From contig JBIKUX010000007.1 of assembly GCA_044347345.1 (NCBI GenBank), forward strand, positions 42,310-106,309: a stretch of DNA of 64,000 bases, in the 5' to 3' direction. Each line of letters starts with the position of its first letter. The first letter of the stretch is position 1. Below, in pieces: positions 61,264 to 64,000 of the stretch. The notes below the pieces were generated by a model. The model did not search any database, had not been told where the DNA came from, and was given only the letters and a program-made list of their open reading frames with translations. A program made the translations under genes and the position numbers. The DNA comes from Bdellovibrionota bacterium (GTDB taxonomy: Bacteria > Bdellovibrionota_C > UBA2361 > JBIKUX01).

Positions 61264-63105
61264 CTATACTAGTTTTGCTTCCCGTACCATAGCGACTTTA
61301 CGTTGCATCAAGCTAAGTCTCTCACTTTCATTCTGTGTTGATAAAAGTTTAGCCTCAAGCGACTTAAGACCCTCATTAATTACACGACGTCTTAAAGCTT
61401 TTATGCAATCATTTAAAAGTTGCTTAAAATCAACTCCTCTTTTCTCACTAATTATCATTACTTCGTCCCACAAATCTCGCCACGGGGAACCGGCACTTTC
61501 AACAAATTTTTTTCGTCTTTCTAAATATTCTTGAGAAGAAACTGAGCTTGGATCTTGACGTGCATTTTCGATAAAGTCATTGATAAAAGTCCTTACATAA
61601 TCATTTAAAACTATTTCAAGTTCTTTAAGGGGAAAACTAAGCAACCCTGCTTTAGTAGACCCTAACAATGCACGCACTAGCTCCAGTTCTAAAAGAGTGA
61701 ATTGTCGAAGAGATTGATCTGATTGTGGGCTGCTATTAGACCTACTTTTATCTTCTTTGTGTCGATAAGAATTTATAATTGGAGGTTTTTCTCTCTTAAG
61801 AATATTATACAAAATGTCCACTCCTATACCTATAGCAGCACCGGTTCTCCTAAGAAGATCATCCTGCGCAACGGGTGAGGCAATAGACCTTGCCACTTTT
61901 AGTACCTCTGCTATGACTCGCTCTTTGGCACCAGGACCGAATGATGCTCCATTACCTAATGTTAAGTTATCCTTAGCTGCTTGAACGAGTCCTTTAACGT
62001 ATGCTTCTACCATTAAGATTTGTGGTAACTGTCTTACGGAAGCAGCATCTCTTGTTTTAACAAAAGAGTCTGGATCTTCACCTGAAGGCAAAAATGCAGC
62101 CATCAATTCGACTGGTTCTCCAGCTACTAAAGGATAGCTATTTATAGCTGCTCTCTGCCCAGCTGAATCTCCATCAAAAAGAATGATAATTTTACTGGCA
62201 AACTTTTGCAGTAAAGAGATGTGGCCTTTTCCGAGAGCTGTGCCACAGCATGCGACTACATTTTTGATTCCAGCACAATGGAGTGAAATTACATCTAGGT
62301 AACCTTCAACTACGTACATTTCAGATGATGAACGAGCTGCTAAGCTGGCTTGTAAAATACCGAACAATACGTCTTGCTTTTTATATAGAGGAGTTTCTGG
62401 TGAGTTTATATATTTGGGAATACGGTGCTGAGCATCTGTTGAAAAAAGTTTTGGAATTATTCTACCGCCAAATCCAAGGACTTTTCCTCCGTGACTGCTG
62501 ATGGGAAATATCACTCGACCCCGAAAAAGGTCGTACAAACGACCATCTCGGCCACGTCGTGCCAATCCGAACTGTTCCAGAGCTGTCTCACTTATTCCTC
62601 TGCGCACCATTTCAGAAATAAGGAATTTACCCTCAGGAGGTGCATAGCCAATATGAAATGTTTCCCGTAATTCTTGGTTAATTCCTCGCTCATCGAGATA
62701 TTTTTCAACCTCTAAAGGTGCTTTTCTCAGTGCGGCGATAAAAATCTCTTTAACTATCTCGTTAATTTTTGCGGCGGCGAATCTTCCGTCATCAGCGGAG
62801 GATGTACTTTTAATGTTTAGCGGTACTCGATATTTCTCGGCTAGAGCTTCAACAGCTTCTCTAAAATCTACAGACTTAAGCTTCATTACAAATGAAAAAA
62901 TGTCCCCCCCGATGCCACAGCCAAAACAGTGAAATGTTCCTTTACTTTCATCTATGTAGCACGAAGGGGATTTTTCAGCGTGAAATGGACAGCAACATGC
63001 AAGGCGAGAACCTCGTGGATAAAGCTCAGTAATCTCTCTGAAAAGAGCCGCAATGCTTGAGCGAGAACGAATTTCTTCGATTGAAGCGTTGGTGATTAAG
63101 CCCAT
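61264..63105 (-). CDS. dnaG: DNA primase
   Basis: CPFHAEKSPS, CFGC, FGGR, KYINSPET, VEGYLDV, FDGDSAG, GEDPD. Confidence 0.96.
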   Translation of the reverse strand: MGLITNASIEEIRSRSSIAALFREITELYPRGSRLACCCPFHAEKSPSCYIDESKGTFHCFGCGIGGDIFSFVMKLKSVDFREAVEALAEKYRVPLNIKSTSSADDGRFAAAKINEIVKEIFIAALRKAPLEVEKYLDERGINQELRETFHIGYAPPEGKFLISEMVRRGISETALEQFGLARRGRDGRLYDLFRGRVIFPISSHGGKVLGFGGRIIPKLFSTDAQHRIPKYINSPETPLYKKQDVLFGILQASLAARSSSEMYVVEGYLDVISLHCAGIKNVVACCGTALGKGHISLLQKFASKIIILFDGDSAGQRAAINSYPLVAGEPVELMAAFLPSGEDPDSFVKTRDAASVRQLPQILMVEAYVKGLVQAAKDNLTLGNGASFGPGAKERVIAEVLKVARSIASPVAQDDLLRRTGAAIGIGVDILYNILKREKPPIINSYRHKEDKSRSNSSPQSDQSLRQFTLLELELVRALLGSTKAGLLSFPLKELEIVLNDYVRTFINDFIENARQDPSSVSSQEYLERRKKFVESAGSPWRDLWDEVMIISEKRGVDFKQLLNDCIKALRRRVINEGLKSLEAKLLSTQNESERLSLMQRKVAMVREAKLV

Positions 63106-63143
63106 ACCATTAATTACTCAACTTGGAAAATAAGGGCAAGCAA

Positions 63144-63656
63144 CTATGGTGTTGTTGAATCTTCGAGAGGTATTATCATGGCTTCATAAGCAACTAAAAT
63201 CTCTCGAATTTCATATTCTCTTGCACCTCCTGGAGCTTGAACGCGAGCAACATCTCCAGGTTCTTTTCCAATTAACGCTCGTCCGATGGGAGAATCGTAA
63301 GAGATATAGCCACGGTTTATATCGCTCTCTTCAGTGCCGACGATTGTAAATTTTCGTTCTTCACCACTATCAACTGATTCGAGAAACACAGTGACACCGA
63401 ACATCACTCGAATAGGGTCTTTAATAGAAAGAGGGTCAATGACATCGGCAGCAGCTAAGCGAGCCTCGAGATCTCTAATTTTAGCCTCAACCATTCCCGA
63501 GCGCTCTTTAGCAGCATCGTAGTCGCCGTTCTCTGAGAGGTCTCCGTGACCGCGTGCGACCTCAATAGCTTCTGCCAGCTCAACTCGCATGCCTTTAAGC
63601 TTTAACAATTCGCGGCGCAGTAATGCATAGCCGGATGGGGTCATTGGGTATTTCAT
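63144..63656 (-). CDS. greA: Transcription elongation factor GreA
   Basis: ARGHGDLSENGDY, ISYDSPIGRALIGK. Confidence 0.95.
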   Translation of the reverse strand: MKYPMTPSGYALLRRELLKLKGMRVELAEAIEVARGHGDLSENGDYDAAKERSGMVEAKIRDLEARLAAADVIDPLSIKDPIRVMFGVTVFLESVDSGEERKFTIVGTEESDINRGYISYDSPIGRALIGKEPGDVARVQAPGGAREYEIREILVAYEAMIIPLEDSTTP

Positions 63657-63834
63657 AAGCTTACTCCGCCTAACAATTCTCCATCGTCTCCGAATAACCA
63701 GAGCCAGGTCAAGTCTCCCATAGTGTCAGAGACGCTGTGGTGCCAGGAGCGAGGAGAATATCTAGCAACTTATTGCGAAGTCTCTCGAGTATAAGAGGAC
63801 GCATTATTGTTCTCATTACTCAGGAGTATGTAAC

Positions 63835-64000
63835 ATGGGCAAGGCTCTTCGCGTCGAACAAGCTGATACAGTTTGGTTTATTACCAGTCGTACTATTCGC
63901 TCCGAACTTTGGTTCATTCGATGCCCTAAACTAATCGAGCGTATGAAGGCTTATTTAGCTAAATATGTGAAAAAATACGGCGTTATCATATATGCTCATT
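63835..64000 (+). mobile_element. REP-associated tyrosine transposase (RAYT/Y1) N-terminus, cut by the window end
   Basis: AGGAG at 63822, then MGKALRVEQADTVWFITSRTIRSELWF...LAKYVKKYGVIIYAH. Not in the ORF track because it has no stop. Confidence 0.65.

Noticed and set aside
63737-63934. 65-aa ORF in the track
   Set aside because: Overlaps, out of frame, the better-supported RAYT-like ORF starting at 63835.

Overview
Bacterial chromosomal window from a Gram-negative organism (it encodes LpxC; a delta-proteobacteria/Bdellovibrionota-like lineage is my inference only). It has three parts. (1) About 1-21 kb is an accessory, decaying region. It holds IS91-, IS3- and IS4/IS50-like remnants, several internal duplications, three AAA_14/DUF4143 ATPase copies (one intact), an AbiEii-type toxin-antitoxin pair and orphan ORFs. 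It also holds an intact four-gene polyol cluster: HAD phosphatase, mannitol 2-dehydrogenase, a divergent paralogue and fructokinase. (2) About 21-53.7 kb and 57.9-63.7 kb are core genes: ALDH, rimP-nusA-ylxR-infB-rbfA-nrnA-truB-purA, gnd, dusB, rlmN, ndk, greA-dnaG-rpoD. Embedded oddities are a receiver-domain/LpxC fusion, a lone cas6 with no array, a Ski2/HelY-type helicase split into two genes, and RpoD/IF2 with long disordered extensions. (3) About 53.8-56.9 kb, after tRNA-Leu(CAA), is a decayed cassette array with attC-like sites and no integrase. A RAYT-like transposase starts at the right edge. The best candidates for new biology are the REC-LpxC fusion, the putative bacterial mannitol-cycle cluster, and the orphan Cas6 next to the split helicase. 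All family calls come from motif recognition by eye; no searches were run.
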